Counted from the first letter of the stretch, positions 1-11,125 are shown. The stretch: 64,000 nt of DNA from an uncultured Verrucomicrobiae bacterium (GCA_963764165.1 CAVXRD010000002.1:288001-352000); one strand, 5' to 3'. Notes: a model not told the origin generated them from the letters alone. Numbers and translations are program-made.

Positions 1-1795
1 CGTAAGGACTTTGGCCATCCAGCCTCCCGCTAAAATTGTGCAGGATGGTTTCAGAACCGTTGGTGCTGATGCTGAATACGGTGCCCGAATAATTGGTTCC
101 GCCCTCACTGGTCGTTCCGTAGAGCGAGCCATCCACGCCCTGGACCAAGCCCGCTTGGGGGTAGGCTCCGTCGTTGGGGCTGTTGGCGAAATTCCACAAA
201 ACACTGTAAAAATTTCCGTTCGTGCTGACTTTGAAAATCGTGCCGTAACCGAACTCGCCGCCTTCTTCCGTCGTGCCGTAAAGATACCCATCGGCCGCTT
301 TCAGCAAGGAACCCAGCGGGTATTGCCCATCGCCCGGGCCATTGCTGAAACTATGCAGGAATTGATAACCGGAACCATCCAGGTTCATGGAGAACACGGC
401 TCCGCGGCCACCCGCCGCCCCCGAAGTCGTCGTCCCATAAAGAACATTCCCGTAAATGCTAACCGGCGCTTCAGGATCCAGCCCGTCGCCGCCGGTCGGT
501 GAGACGAATTCGTGCAGGACCGAAAAACCGCTGCCGTCGTAAGCGACTTGGAATGCCGTGCCAAACCCGTTGCTCCCACCCTCATAGGCCGAGCCATAGA
601 AGATCGTGCCATCAGAGTTGGGGATGAGGGCGGCTCTTGGCGAGAGGCCGTCTGCGCCGGTCAATTGGTGGATGACTATGGGAGTTTCAAGGCTGGTGGA
701 AATCTTGAACAGAGTCCCCTGACCGCTGGTCCCGCCGCCGGAGGTGGCCCCGTAAAGATAGCCATCCGCGCCGAAACGAAGACCTCCGAACGGCTGGGCG
801 CCGTAAGTGGCGTCCGCAGTGGGGAAGAAAAATACCTGGTATCCCCCGCCGTTGGTGTTGATTTTAAAGAGAGTGCCGTTGCCGTAGTAGCTGTAATAAC
901 CGGCACTGGGATCTCCGCCATCCTCGGTCGTGCCGTAAATGTATCCGTCGCTGCCCTGGACCAGGCGTCCATTGGCCACATCCCCGTCGTAGGGTTCATA
1001 TTCAAAAAAGTGCAATTCCTGGACGCTGGATCCATCCCTGGCCATCTTGAAAACAGCCCCATTATATCCGGAATCGTTGCCGTCGCCGTCCGAATACGTT
1101 GTTCCATAGAGAAATCCGTCAGCGCCTTCCAGCAGCCCGGAATACGAGCCAATGCCGGTTTGAACGGTGAAATTGTAGACGACCTGGAAATCGCTTCCAT
1201 CCAGGTTGAGTTTGAACACAGTGCCACCGTAATCATTGGCGCCCCCGGTGGAAGCCGTGCCATAAAGCATGCCGTCCTCCCGCGATTGCAGCAGCCCGCT
1301 TTCCGGCTCCTCCCCGTCGGTGTAGTAAAAGGTGTGGACCAGGCTGAAGCCCGTCCCGTCGGTGTTGATCCTGTAAATGACGCCAATGCTGTTGCTCCCG
1401 CCGCCTTCGGTGGTTCCATAAAGCTTGCCATCGCTGGCTTGCAGCAGCTCCGCCATCGGGTAGGAGCCATCATTGGCGCCGCCCGCGAACGAATGCAGAA
1501 CCTGATAACCGCTGCCATCGGCATTCATCGAAAATATGACCCCAACGCCGTTGCTCCCGCCCGCGAGAGTCACCCCATAAAGCCGTCCGTCGGAGCCGAG
1601 GGTCATCTGCGTTTCCGGCTCCGCTCCGGTGGCCAGCACCGGAAAGCCAAAACTTTTGACAAGTTGAAAATCGGTTTGAGCATGACTGGATTCAACTAGC
1701 CCCGCCCAGCAAGCCGCCCAAATAAAAATCCAAAGGACCGACAGCCGTCCGCCAATCCCACCATTCTTCACCATCAGTTTTTGCACAATATCCAT
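1..1795 (-). CDS. Secreted choice-of-anchor tandem repeat GloVer-containing protein (3' end runs off the window)
   Basis: Not in the ORF track because it has no stop in the window. Manual translation from the ATG at 1795 gives MDIVQKLMVKNGGIGGRLSVLWIFIWAACWAGLVESSHAQTDF..., then about 10 repeats such as LLQASDGKLYGTTEGGGSNSIGVIYRINTDGTGF and LVQGVDGSLYGTTSEGGTNYSGTVFSISTNG. It is a paralog of 54886..58398. Confidence 0.9.
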   Translation of the reverse strand, partial: MDIVQKLMVKNGGIGGRLSVLWIFIWAACWAGLVESSHAQTDFQLVKSFGFPVLATGAEPETQMTLGSDGRLYGVTLAGGSNGVGVIFSMNADGSGYQVLHSFAGGANDGSYPMAELLQASDGKLYGTTEGGGSNSIGVIYRINTDGTGFSLVHTFYYTDGEEPESGLLQSREDGMLYGTASTGGANDYGGTVFKLNLDGSDFQVVYNFTVQTGIGSYSGLLEGADGFLYGTTYSDGDGNDSGYNGAVFKMARDGSSVQELHFFEYEPYDGDVANGRLVQGSDGYIYGTTEDGGDPSAGYYSYYGNGTLFKINTNGGGYQVFFFPTADATYGAQPFGGLRFGADGYLYGATSGGGTSGQGTLFKISTSLETPIVIHQLTGADGLSPRAALIPNSDGTIFYGSAYEGGSNGFGTAFQVAYDGSGFSVLHEFVSPTGGDGLDPEAPVSIYGNVLYGTTTSGAAGGRGAVFSMNLDGSGYQFLHSFSNGPGDGQYPLGSLLKAADGYLYGTTEEGGEFGYGTIFKVSTNGNFYSVLWNFANSPNDGAYPQAGLVQGVDGSLYGTTSEGGTNYSGTVFSISTNGSETILHNFSGRLDGQSPY

Positions 1796-1944
1796 AATTT
1801 GCTCCGTATGCTAAATGGCCGATCCTTGGGGCGGAGATCGGTCCAATGACTACTGACCCTTCTATTGCGAAAGGTTACAGGAAAAGATGGGAGAAGCCTG
1901 GATGGGACTAAGCATATCATTTGAATGCCTCCCGCAAATCACTC

Positions 1945-3552
1945 TTACGGATCAACCGATTCTTGCTCGACCGTCTCGGCGTCAGGAGGCTCCGGCGTCA
2001 CAGGCTGCAGCCGGTGGCGGAAAATAAGGGCAACCAAAAAGCCTGTCACCGTCCCCGATAAATGCGCTGTCATGCTGACCTCCGGCACCACCGAATCGAA
2101 AACGGTTTGCATCACGATGATCAGCAAAATTGCGATTAAGCGGCGGCGGGCGGTGGCCGCGCGCTCTTGACGCCATCCGCGGAGCATGAGCGCGCCCATC
2201 GCACCGACGAGCCCCATGATGCACCCGGACGCGCCCACCAATACCTGTTCGCTGTTTCTGCCAGCCAGGCACAGGACAATCAGCATCGAGGCTGTTCCCG
2301 CTGTCAAATAGGTGACCAAAAAGCGGCGAGTGCCGAGGGCGAATTCGACAAACGGGCCGAGCAGCCACAAGGTGGCCATGTTCATCGCAAGATGGAGCAA
2401 CCCGAAATGGAGAAATTGCGCGGCTAGCAAGCGCCACCACTCGCCCCCATATACCGCAGGTGGATACATTGCGCCGAGGCGCATCAATGCGTCCGCATTC
2501 GTGCCGCCGCCCAGTGCCAGCTCCGCGCCATACATGGCGATGTTCAGAGCGATGACTAATTGAGTCGCCCGCGCCTTCGCGGAGAAAAGGGAGCGCCGCG
2601 CCCCGAAACTTTCATCGTGGCTGTGATCGCGCGCGACTTCGAGTATGAGTTGTTCCGTCGGTTCGTCGAGCAGCACCGGCGGGTCGGCGAGGTGCGACAA
2701 CCGTCGTTCAACGGAAAGCCGCGTCGGCGGATCGGCGCTCGCCAGCAACGCATCAAATCGGCTTCGCGCAGATTCGGAATTTCCCGCGGCGCTTTCCGCC
2801 GTTGCGATCCAATACGACTTTATGGCCTCGGGCATTGGCGCCAGGCTGTGGGAGAAAAGATACTCGACCAAATGACGGCGGCCGCAAAACGCAAAGAGCA
2901 TCAAGCGGCAAAGATCGCGGGAGGCCGGGGGAATCATTTTTTCAATCGCTCCGCGCTGGATGCGATACAATGCCGCCATGCCGACGACATCACCGCACTC
3001 GCCGTGGGCGCGCAGCATGACCGGGATGAGCGTCTGCATCTGATTCAATCGCCGTGAATCTGCCTGGTGCCACTTTAGCACCTCCTCCCATTGATTCGTG
3101 ATTCGGTAAAGGTGAACCTTGGCCAGCCAGCCAATGGGAGAATCGGACGTTCGCAATTTCTCCAGCATGGCCAACGCGGTCGTGGTGTCACCTTCGTGCG
3201 CCAACTCCAGGGCGTGAATGATGGATGCCTGCTGCCTCCAACCGTCGGCGGGATGAAGCCAGGCGATCCATCGGGCCAGTCGGCGGGCGGCGGAATAGTG
3301 CTGCCGGACCATCTGCTGGTTGTAGACCCGCGCGATGAATCCGGGGATGAGTCCAAAAACAACCCAGGTGGCAAACGTCAAGAAAAGTGGCAAATCGCGA
3401 TGGCTGCTCCATGTCTCCCAACAGCCCAGCACGATGAGAGCGTGCAATGCCGCCCACCCCCTCCCGCCTGACTTCAAATGGCGCAAGCTGCCAACGAGAC
3501 CGCTGGCGGCCGACATGAAAATTATCGCAAGGATGATGACTTTGAAATCCAC
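1945..3552 (-). CDS. Rhomboid family intramembrane serine protease with N-terminal TM segments and a helical soluble domain
   Basis: C-terminal rhomboid motifs EWWRLL, FLHFGLLHLAMN, VGASG (catalytic Ser) and AHLSG (catalytic His). Confidence 0.9.
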   Translation of the reverse strand: MDFKVIILAIIFMSAASGLVGSLRHLKSGGRGWAALHALIVLGCWETWSSHRDLPLFLTFATWVVFGLIPGFIARVYNQQMVRQHYSAARRLARWIAWLHPADGWRQQASIIHALELAHEGDTTTALAMLEKLRTSDSPIGWLAKVHLYRITNQWEEVLKWHQADSRRLNQMQTLIPVMLRAHGECGDVVGMAALYRIQRGAIEKMIPPASRDLCRLMLFAFCGRRHLVEYLFSHSLAPMPEAIKSYWIATAESAAGNSESARSRFDALLASADPPTRLSVERRLSHLADPPVLLDEPTEQLILEVARDHSHDESFGARRSLFSAKARATQLVIALNIAMYGAELALGGGTNADALMRLGAMYPPAVYGGEWWRLLAAQFLHFGLLHLAMNMATLWLLGPFVEFALGTRRFLVTYLTAGTASMLIVLCLAGRNSEQVLVGASGCIMGLVGAMGALMLRGWRQERAATARRRLIAILLIIVMQTVFDSVVPEVSMTAHLSGTVTGFLVALIFRHRLQPVTPEPPDAETVEQESVDP

Positions 3553-3576
3553 GAACCGGCTGCTTACTGTCCCAAG

Positions 3577-3655
3577 GTAGGGACGCCTCGCCGAGGCGTC
3601 CGGGGTGAGGCCCTGTTCGCGCGCAAACCCGGACGCCTCGGCGAGGCGTCCCTAC
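3577..3655. repeat. REP doublet (REPIN-like), family 1
   Basis: GTAGGGACGCCTCGCCGAGGCGTCC ... GGACGCCTCGGCGAGGCGTCCCTAC inverted pair with GTAG tetranucleotide. Confidence 0.9.
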
Positions 3656-3690
3656 CTATAAATGATTCGCTTCGCTCATCTGCGTTCATG

Positions 3691-4572
3691 TCAAAATTTC
3701 ATCTCAACGCCCTCGCGCGCTCCGCAAATCACTAAGTTCGAGCCGAGGCGGGCGGCTCGCTTCCGGCACGCGAGAACCTTATGGTCGATCCCGCCGTCAG
3801 TGTCCTCAGGGTCGTGATGAAAAAGAGCCAGGTTTTTGACGCGCGCCCGGATGGCCATGTCGGTCACGGAGAAACAGCACGAATGCCCCCATTTTTTCCG
3901 GGTGGCGTAACCTTCCTCATCGTATTGCGCGTCCATGATCAGCAAATCGGCTCCGCGAACGACCTCCACCAAGTCCTTCGGCATGGCGCGCAGCGCGCCG
4001 GTATCGGCGGTGTCGGGGAAAAGCTCGCCCGGTTGGATTTCCAATTCATTATCCGTCGCGTATACGATTTTGCAGCCGTCCTTGCTCAGCGAGTAGCCGT
4101 AACATCCGCCCGGATGATTCAGCGCGAAAGAGGTGACCGTCACGCCATTGATGTCTTTCTTGCCGCCGTTCAAATGATCGGCGATGACGCTTGAACGAAG
4201 CTCCTGAAATGACACAGGAAAATAGGCCGACGTCATCTGTCCGGAAAGCAATTGATACGGGCTGTCATCCTTGGCCTGCCGCCCGTAGACGCGGATTTTT
4301 ACGTCAGGCCGGTAGGCGGGCGCAAAAAAGGGGAATCCCTGGATATGATCCCAATGATAATGCGTCAACAGCAAATGAAGTTCCTTCGGGGGATTCTTGC
4401 GCGTGAGCAAATCTTTTCCGAGTTCGCGGATGCCCGAGCCCGCGTCGAATATAAAAACGGTGTCATCAAAACGGACTTCCACGCACGACGTATTGCCGCC
4501 ATAGACACGCGTCCAGCTCGAAGGCGTCGGAATCGAGCCGCGGGTTCCCCAGAATTTTACATAAGTTGGCAT
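3691..4572 (-). CDS. MBL-fold metallo-hydrolase (possible phosphodiesterase)
   Basis: FWGTRGSIP, GGNTSC, THYHWDH (HxHxDH), LNHPG, YATDNE, WGHS, LFHHDP. Confidence 0.9.
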   Translation of the reverse strand: MPTYVKFWGTRGSIPTPSSWTRVYGGNTSCVEVRFDDTVFIFDAGSGIRELGKDLLTRKNPPKELHLLLTHYHWDHIQGFPFFAPAYRPDVKIRVYGRQAKDDSPYQLLSGQMTSAYFPVSFQELRSSVIADHLNGGKKDINGVTVTSFALNHPGGCYGYSLSKDGCKIVYATDNELEIQPGELFPDTADTGALRAMPKDLVEVVRGADLLIMDAQYDEEGYATRKKWGHSCCFSVTDMAIRARVKNLALFHHDPEDTDGGIDHKVLACRKRAARLGSNLVICGAREGVEMKF

Positions 4573-4922
4573 CAGCCGGCGTTGTAGATGAAGGCGCTGT
4601 CGGCCAATTGGATAATGTCGCCGTCCCGCAGGACGGCGGAGTGGATGCGGACTCCGTTGAGAAAGACACCGTTATCGCTGTCGTTGTCGTAGAGAGTGCA
4701 GTCGGTGCCGTGAATCTTCAAAATCGCATGCTGGCGCGAAGCTCGCTCAGAGCGGACGCGGACATGCGCGGTGGTGGAGCGCCCAATCACCGACTGGTCC
4801 TTCTCCAAGACAATGACCCGCTGGCCGTCCTTGCCTTCGATTTGTTCGAGGGAATGGCGCTGCCTGTCCCGTTGGCGCCGCAGGACGTGATCGTTGCCGG
4901 CTATGGTTGTGTCAAATTCCAC
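4572..4922 (-). CDS. FHA domain-containing protein
   Basis: IGRS...ASRQHA...DNDSDNGVFLNG...LRDGDIIQL; its stop overlaps the MBL start (TGATG). Confidence 0.85.
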   Translation of the reverse strand: MEFDTTIAGNDHVLRRQRDRQRHSLEQIEGKDGQRVIVLEKDQSVIGRSTTAHVRVRSERASRQHAILKIHGTDCTLYDNDSDNGVFLNGVRIHSAVLRDGDIIQLADSAFIYNAG

Positions 4923-4996
4923 TCAGCTACCGCGATTTGGACTACTGTTGTGCGATACCGGGCGGTTTGCAAAGCAATTTTTGGCAGCACTTGTCG

Positions 4997-5092
4997 ATAG
5001 GGACGCCTCGCCGAAGCGTCTGGCTGCGCGATTATACCAGCGGCGCACGCATGAAGCATGACGCGCCCCGGACGCCTCGGCGAGGCGTCCCT
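4997..5092. repeat. REP doublet, family 1 (slightly degenerate)
   Basis: ATAGGGACGCCTCGCCGAAGCGTC ... GGACGCCTCGGCGAGGCGTCCCT. Confidence 0.85.
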
Positions 5093-5178
5093 TGAGCTTC
5101 TATTTGCAAACAAATTCCTGTGACACAAAACGAGTCTGGCCCTAATGTAGCGTAGTTTGATTTAGAAGAAATTGGCAT

Positions 5179-7324
5179 ATGGCAGCGAAACGCAAAGATT
5201 CAGAGCAGCAACCGGAATTGCCCATCGATCCGCTGAAGACAAATGGAGCACCCGAGGGCAGCGCAACGGCGCCCAGCCCGAGCCCCGAGGCGGCGGCGGC
5301 CCCGTCGCCCGCGCCTGAGCCCGGACATGTCCTGGCCGAACAGGTGGAAACAGAGCCAGCGCGGCCGTTTGTGCCTGGCACATTTGAATCGGCGCTTCAC
5401 CGCCGGGTGGATCGCGGTTTTCTCGAGTATGCCTCCTACGTTATTCGCGACCGCGCGATTCCGAATTTGAGCGACGGCCTCAAGCCCGTTCAGCGCCGCA
5501 TCATGTGGACGCTGCACGAGAAAGACACCGGGACGTTCATCAAGGTGAACACCATCGCCGGCGCGGCCATGCAATATCATCCTCACGGCGACGCTTCGAT
5601 CAATGACGCGCTGGTCGTGTTGGTCAACAAACGTTACGTGATCGAGGGGCAGGGGAATTTCGGCAACATTTACACCGGCGATTCCGCCGCCGCCGGACGA
5701 TACATCGAGTGCCGGCTGACGGAGCTGGCCCGCAACGAACTTTTCAATGACGAAATTACCGATTTCGTTCCGAGTTACGACGGGCGCTCCAAAGAGCCGG
5801 TGACGCTGCCCAGCAAATTGCCGTTGTTGTTGATGCTCGGCACGGAAGGCATTGCCGTCGGCATGGCGGCGCGCATCTTGCCGCACAATTTTCCCGAGTT
5901 GTTGCAAGCGCAGATTGCGATTCTCAAAAAGCAGCCGTTCAAAGTTCTGCCGGATTTCCAAACGGGCGGATTGATGGACGCCCGCGAATATCGCGACGGC
6001 GCAGGGCAGATCAAGGTGCGCGCCAAGATCAAGGTGAAGGACGATACGACGGTGGTCATCAAGGAAATCCCGCCGACCACCACCACGGAGAGTTTGATTT
6101 CGTCCATTGAGGACGCTTCGCGAAAAGGCAAAATCAAGGTCAAGAGCATCAACGATTTCACCGCTGGCGACCCGGAAATTGAAGTCCGCCCGCCATCTGG
6201 CGTGAGCGCCGAGCAGCTTGTTGACGCGCTCTATGCGTTCACCGATTGCGAGGTGACGATTGCCAGCCGCATCATCGTGATTCGCGACAATCGCCCGGTC
6301 GAGATGACCGTTTCCGATGTCCTTCGCCACAGCACGGAACAGCTTGTCGCGACGCTGAAACGCGAATTGGAATTGAAGGAGCAAAAGCTCGAGCACGAGA
6401 TGCACTTCAAGACGCTCGTGCGGTTGTTCGTGGAAAAGCGCATTTACAAGGGAATCGAAAATGCACGGACCGCAGAAGCGGTTGTCGAAGCGGTGAAGGA
6501 CGGATTCCGTCCGCTTCGCCGCCAGATGCTGCGCGATTTGACGGATGACGACATCACGATGCTGCTGGAAGTGCGCATCCGCCGGATTTCTCTATTTGAC
6601 ATCAACAAGCACCTTGAGGAAATGGAGAAGGTGAAGGCGGATTTGGAGCAGACGCGCCAATTCCTCAAGAACGTCACCAAATTTGCCATCGCGCACCTCG
6701 AACGCTTGTTTGAGAAGTACTTCGCCGATTTATCCGCGCCTCACGAAGTCCAGCCGCTACGACGAAGTGGACGCCCGCGAAGTCGCGTTCAAGTCTTTCA
6801 AGATCGCCTATGATCGCGAGTCGGGTTACATCGGCTACAAAGTCACTGGCGAGGAATTTCGTTTTGATTGCACGAAGTTCGACAAATTGCTGATGGTGTT
6901 CAAGGATGGCCACTACAAAGTCATCGAATTGCCGGAAAAAATGTTCGTCGGCCCGGATCTCGTTTACGCCGCCGTGCCTGACCGTGATAAAGTGATGACG
7001 GCCGCCTACACGAATCGCGAGGCGACGTATCTGAAGCGCTTCACGTTCGGCGGCGCGATTCTTGACAAGGAGTATTTCTGCATTGCCGAGAAGTCAAAGC
7101 TGCTCTACTTTGAGCCGACGACCCCCGAGCAGCTTTACATCCGTTACAAAGCCGCTCCGCACCAGAAAATCAATCAACAAACCTGCAAGCCGGGCGATAT
7201 CGAAGTGAAAAGCCCGAAAACGCTCGGCCGCCAGATTTCGATCAAGGAAGTCGCCGCCATCAACAGCAAACCGCCGCGCGGCTGGGATCCGGAAATGACC
7301 ACCACCAAGGTGGAATTTATTTGA
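5179..7324 (+). CDS. parC: DNA topoisomerase IV subunit A (GyrA/ParC family), split by an apparent +1 insertion at about 6721
   Basis: IRDRAIPNLSDGLKPVQRRI, YHPHGD, GQGNFG, AAAGRY (catalytic Tyr). ORFs 5179..6813 and 6683..7324 join as ...EKYSPIYPRLTK... if one T at 6721-6722 is removed. Confidence 0.85.
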
Positions 7325-7362
7325 CGCAGAGCGGACCAAAGCGCAGGGCGAGGAGTTCGGAG

Positions 7363-9199
7363 TTATGCGCCGGTTTGAGCCGGAGCCTTCGTCTCTTCCA
7401 CCTTGCGCGCGGCTTCTTCCCATTGGGCGCTCAACTCTTTCAACCGATCGGCGACCTCGACGCACTCGCGATTTAGTTCCATCGCGCGGCCCGGCTTTTC
7501 GTAGCTGGTGGGACTTTCAAGCTCCGCGCTGAGTTCCTTCTGGCGCGCTTCGAGCTTTTGAATTTCCGCTTCCAATCGGCTTACCAATTGTTCGTGCTCC
7601 TTGCGCTGGCGCGAGCGGGCCTGGCGCTCCTCTGCTTCAAGGCGTTTTTGCTCTTTCGTCCGCGGTGGCCGTTGGGCCGCCACTGGAGCGGCGGGCGGAG
7701 GAGCCAGCGCGGCCATTTTATCGAGATAGTACCTGCCAGCCGCTCGGGAAATGAGCCAGATGGCCATTCTCGACGCGCACCACATGCGTGCATAATTCGC
7801 GAATGAAATAAACGTCGTGGCTGATGAAAATCAGCGTGCCGGAAAATTGCTTCAGTGCCTCAATCAACGCATCGATGCTCGCCATGTCGAGGTGGGTCGT
7901 CGGCTCGTCCATCAACAATAAATTCGGTGGATCGAGGAGCAATTTCACCAGCGCGAGACGGCTCTTTTCTCCACCGCTCAACACCGAGACCCGTTTGAAA
8001 ACGTCGTCGCCGCGAAACAGGAAGCATCCGAGCAGCGTGCGCACGGACTCTTCCGTCACCGCCTGCGGCGTATCGAGAGCCTCCTCAAGAACCTTGCGCT
8101 CGGGCTTCAGCATGTCGACGCGGTATTGCGAATAGTAACCGCTCTTGGTGTTATGGCCCAATTCACGAAGGCCCGATTGCACCGGCAGGACACCGGCGAG
8201 AAGTTTCAGCAGCGTCGATTTTCCCGCGCCGTTGGGGCCGACCAGAACAATGCGCTGGCCGCGTTCCGCCTCGAAATTAATGCCGCGATAAATCGAGTTC
8301 GAGCCGTAGGAATAGTGAACATCCTCCAGTTTGATCGACCGCAGGCCGCCGCGCTGCGGCTGGGGGAAGTGGAAGCTGATCTTCTTGCTTTCGCTGACCG
8401 GCGCCTCGATTTTTTCCATGCGCTCGATCTGCTTCAACTTGCTTTGCGCCTGCGCCGCTTTGCTGGCCTTGGCTCGGAAGCGCTGCACGAATTCCATCAA
8501 TTGCGCGATTTCCCGCTGCTGGTTTTTGTAGGCGGCCAATTGCTGCGCTTCCGCCGCCGCGCGCTGTTCCACGCTGTTGTCGTAATTGCCGCGGTAGCGG
8601 AACAATTTGCGCTGCCGGATTTCGACAATGTGCGTGGTCAGGGCGTTGAGAAAATTCCGATCGTGGGAAATCATTAGAATGCCGCCCGAATATCCCTCCA
8701 GGTAGTTCTGAAACCATTGCAGCGATTCGAGGTCGAGATGGTTCGTCGGTTCGTCCAGCATCAGAATGTCCGGCTCCTGCACCAGCAATTTCGCCAGATG
8801 GGCGCGCATGACCCAGCCGCCGCTCATTTCGCGCAGAGGTCGGGTGAAATCCTTTTCGCGAAAACTGAGGCCGGACAAAATGCGCTTGGCCTTTGGCTCC
8901 ATTTCATAGGATGCGATGCCGTGCTCGTCCTGCACGGCCGAGAGCGCGGTGTCCAAAACTGTGCTGTCGCCGGCAGGCGAAGACTCCTGCGGAAGATGGC
9001 CGACGACGATGTTTCGCTCGCGGAATACGCTGCCGGAATCCGGCTCCTCCTCGCCGAGAATAAGGGAGAACAAGGTGGACTTTCCTGCGCCGTTGGGCCC
9101 AATCAAGCCAATTCGATCGCTGCGGTTGATTTGCAGCGACACATCTTCAAATAAGGTTTGAGGCCCGTAGGCCTTGCTGACTTCGGAAATGGTTAGCAT
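7363..9199 (-). CDS. ABC-F family ATP-binding cassette protein, split by an apparent +1 insertion at about 7732
   Basis: Two ABC domains (GPNGAGKST twice, LSGG, DEPT) with a linker and a C-terminal coiled coil in ORF 7363..7785. Removing one base at 7732-7733 gives ...HFPSGWQYYLDKM... Confidence 0.9.
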
Positions 9200-9215
9200 C
9201 TAAAGAGCGGGGAAC

Positions 9216-9653
9216 TTACTGCAAAAGCTCGGCGGGCGCCACTTCGATTTTATCGCCAATCCACTTTGGGATATTGCAGGCAGACATGGCGGCGCCGTCA
9301 TGCTTTACGCAGACGACGGTCAATCCGCCCCGCGCGACTTCCACCGGCGGCGTGGCATTGAGCTTGGTGAAAGTGAAAATGTAGCTGAGCGATTTGCTGC
9401 GCTTCTCGCGCACGTAAAGATGAATTTCCACTTCGTCCTCAAAGCGGAGGGGGGCTTTGTAATCGCACTCCGCGTGGACGCGGGGCCAGCCCACTTTTTC
9501 TTCGCCGCGCGTGACGATGGAGAATCCGAGCGAACGAAAAAAACCATGCTCCGCCGTCTCCATGAAACGGAAGAAATTCGAATAGTGCATGATGCCGGCC
9601 ATGTCAGTGTCCGAAAACTCGACCCGGCGCGTCGCTTTGAATTCACAAGCCAT
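9216..9653 (-). CDS. Acyl-CoA thioesterase (4HBT/YbgC hot-dog fold)
   Basis: RRVEFSDTDMAGIMHYSNFFRFMETAE; start taken at MACEFK (ATG 9653). Confidence 0.9.
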   Translation of the reverse strand: MACEFKATRRVEFSDTDMAGIMHYSNFFRFMETAEHGFFRSLGFSIVTRGEEKVGWPRVHAECDYKAPLRFEDEVEIHLYVREKRSKSLSYIFTFTKLNATPPVEVARGGLTVVCVKHDGAAMSACNIPKWIGDKIEVAPAELLQ

Positions 9654-9681
9654 GGGGCGAGGATAATTTCGGCGCGGCGAT

Positions 9682-10998
9682 TTACGAGCGGAAATTCCGC
9701 GCCGCCTCGGCGCAGACTTTGGCGAACTCCGCGGCCATGACGGCGGCGCCGAATCGAAGGCGCACGGCCGTTTGCGCCGCCGCGCCCATGGTTCTCGCCT
9801 GGTGCGGAGCGCGGAGAAAAATTTCGAGGGTGTCAATCAACGATTCCATGTCGCCCGTGCGGTAAAGCTGCCCGCCTCCGGTGCGCTGCACCAATTCCGG
9901 AAACGCGCCCTGGTCCGGCTGCACAACAGGGACGCCCGCCGCCATCGCTTCAATGACGGGCAGGCCGAATGCTTCCGGCTGGCGGGCCGGCTCCGAAAAA
10001 ACCGTCAGCGAGCGTAGAAAATCCAATTTCTGGGCGCGCGTGAGATTGGGGCAGAATTCGGCGTCGTCCAGCATTTGGTTCGCTTTCAGCATCTCGCGCA
10101 ATTCGTCGACGACAATTTGATCCATCGGTCCGCAACTGCCTCCAAGCCGCAATTTGATCGTCTCCAGCCCCGGGCGTTTCTTCAGCCGGATGAACGCGTT
10201 GACGAGCAGATCAATTCCCTTGTCGCGGCACATGCGCGCAAAAAATCCGAGTACGGGCGGGCCGGAGCACGCGGGAGCGGGCGCGCCGTATCCCTCAAGG
10301 TTGATGCCATTGTAAACGACTCTCATCCGCGCGTTCGGAACTTTCAGCCGGCCGGACATCAAATCCGCATAGTATTGACTGGGCGCGATGAGGAAATCGA
10401 GATCGGCCGCCTTTTCCGCCGCGACTTGCCAGGCCGTGGTGCGATCTTCGGCTGGCAGGGCGTCGAGGAAATAATCTTCGCCTTGCAGCGAGCAAATGAC
10501 CGGGGCGCGCACTTCGGCTTTGATGCGCCGAACCATGCCCGAGAGGAGGGAATTGGAGAGGCAAATGACATCCGGCTTTTCGGATTTCAGCCAGGGAATC
10601 AGATCATCCAACTCGCGCGCCTGGTTTCCGTCCTCGCCGCGCAGCATCGAAATCGTCAGCGCGCCCAATTCCTCGGCCCGCGTTTTCCCGGCGAAGCCCG
10701 CCGCGAGGTCCAGCAGCGCGGGCGCCGAAAGCATGCGGTGAAACCACGCTGGCGACTTGCGAAAAAAAGCCGACTGCTGTTCGAGATAAACGTTGATGCC
10801 GCCGAAGAAAATCCGCGTGCCCTCCGTGGGATCAGTTTCCTCCAATGTGAGCGGGAGATACATCGGCGCCATGACGACTGAATGGCCCTGGGCGCGAAGG
10901 GCGTTGACGAGGGCGTTGTCACGCAGGCAGGCGCCGCAGAACATTTTTCCTGCGCCTGGCGTCAACTGGATGATTCGCAACGGGGATTCGCTTGGCAT
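9682..10998 (-). CDS. Glycosyltransferase family 4 protein
   Basis: VVYNGI, RMCRDKG, EAFGLPVIEAMAAGVPVV (Ex7E motif). Confidence 0.9.
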   Translation of the reverse strand: MPSESPLRIIQLTPGAGKMFCGACLRDNALVNALRAQGHSVVMAPMYLPLTLEETDPTEGTRIFFGGINVYLEQQSAFFRKSPAWFHRMLSAPALLDLAAGFAGKTRAEELGALTISMLRGEDGNQARELDDLIPWLKSEKPDVICLSNSLLSGMVRRIKAEVRAPVICSLQGEDYFLDALPAEDRTTAWQVAAEKAADLDFLIAPSQYYADLMSGRLKVPNARMRVVYNGINLEGYGAPAPACSGPPVLGFFARMCRDKGIDLLVNAFIRLKKRPGLETIKLRLGGSCGPMDQIVVDELREMLKANQMLDDAEFCPNLTRAQKLDFLRSLTVFSEPARQPEAFGLPVIEAMAAGVPVVQPDQGAFPELVQRTGGGQLYRTGDMESLIDTLEIFLRAPHQARTMGAAAQTAVRLRFGAAVMAAEFAKVCAEAARNFRS

Positions 10999-11048
10999 TC
11001 TTCAGCGCCCAAAGTCTGCGGAGAACATCGAAAACTTCAAGGGCAAAG

Positions 11049-11125
11049 GCAGGGGCGCCTTCCCCCAGGCGTCCGGTTGCCCCTGAAGGCAGCCCACCCC
11101 GGACACCTCGGTGAGGCGTCTCCAC
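11049..11125. repeat. REP doublet, family 1 (degenerate)
   Basis: GCAGGGGCGCCTTCCCCCAGGCGTCC ... GGACACCTCGGTGAGGCGTCTCCAC. Confidence 0.7.

Noticed and set aside
512..1699. 395-aa and 163-aa (11..502) plus-strand ORFs
   Set aside because: Antisense shadows of the minus-strand GloVer gene 1..1795
6715..6730. Programmed frameshifting in parC
   Set aside because: No slippery sequence, and a second similar indel lies 1 kb away, so an error is more parsimonious
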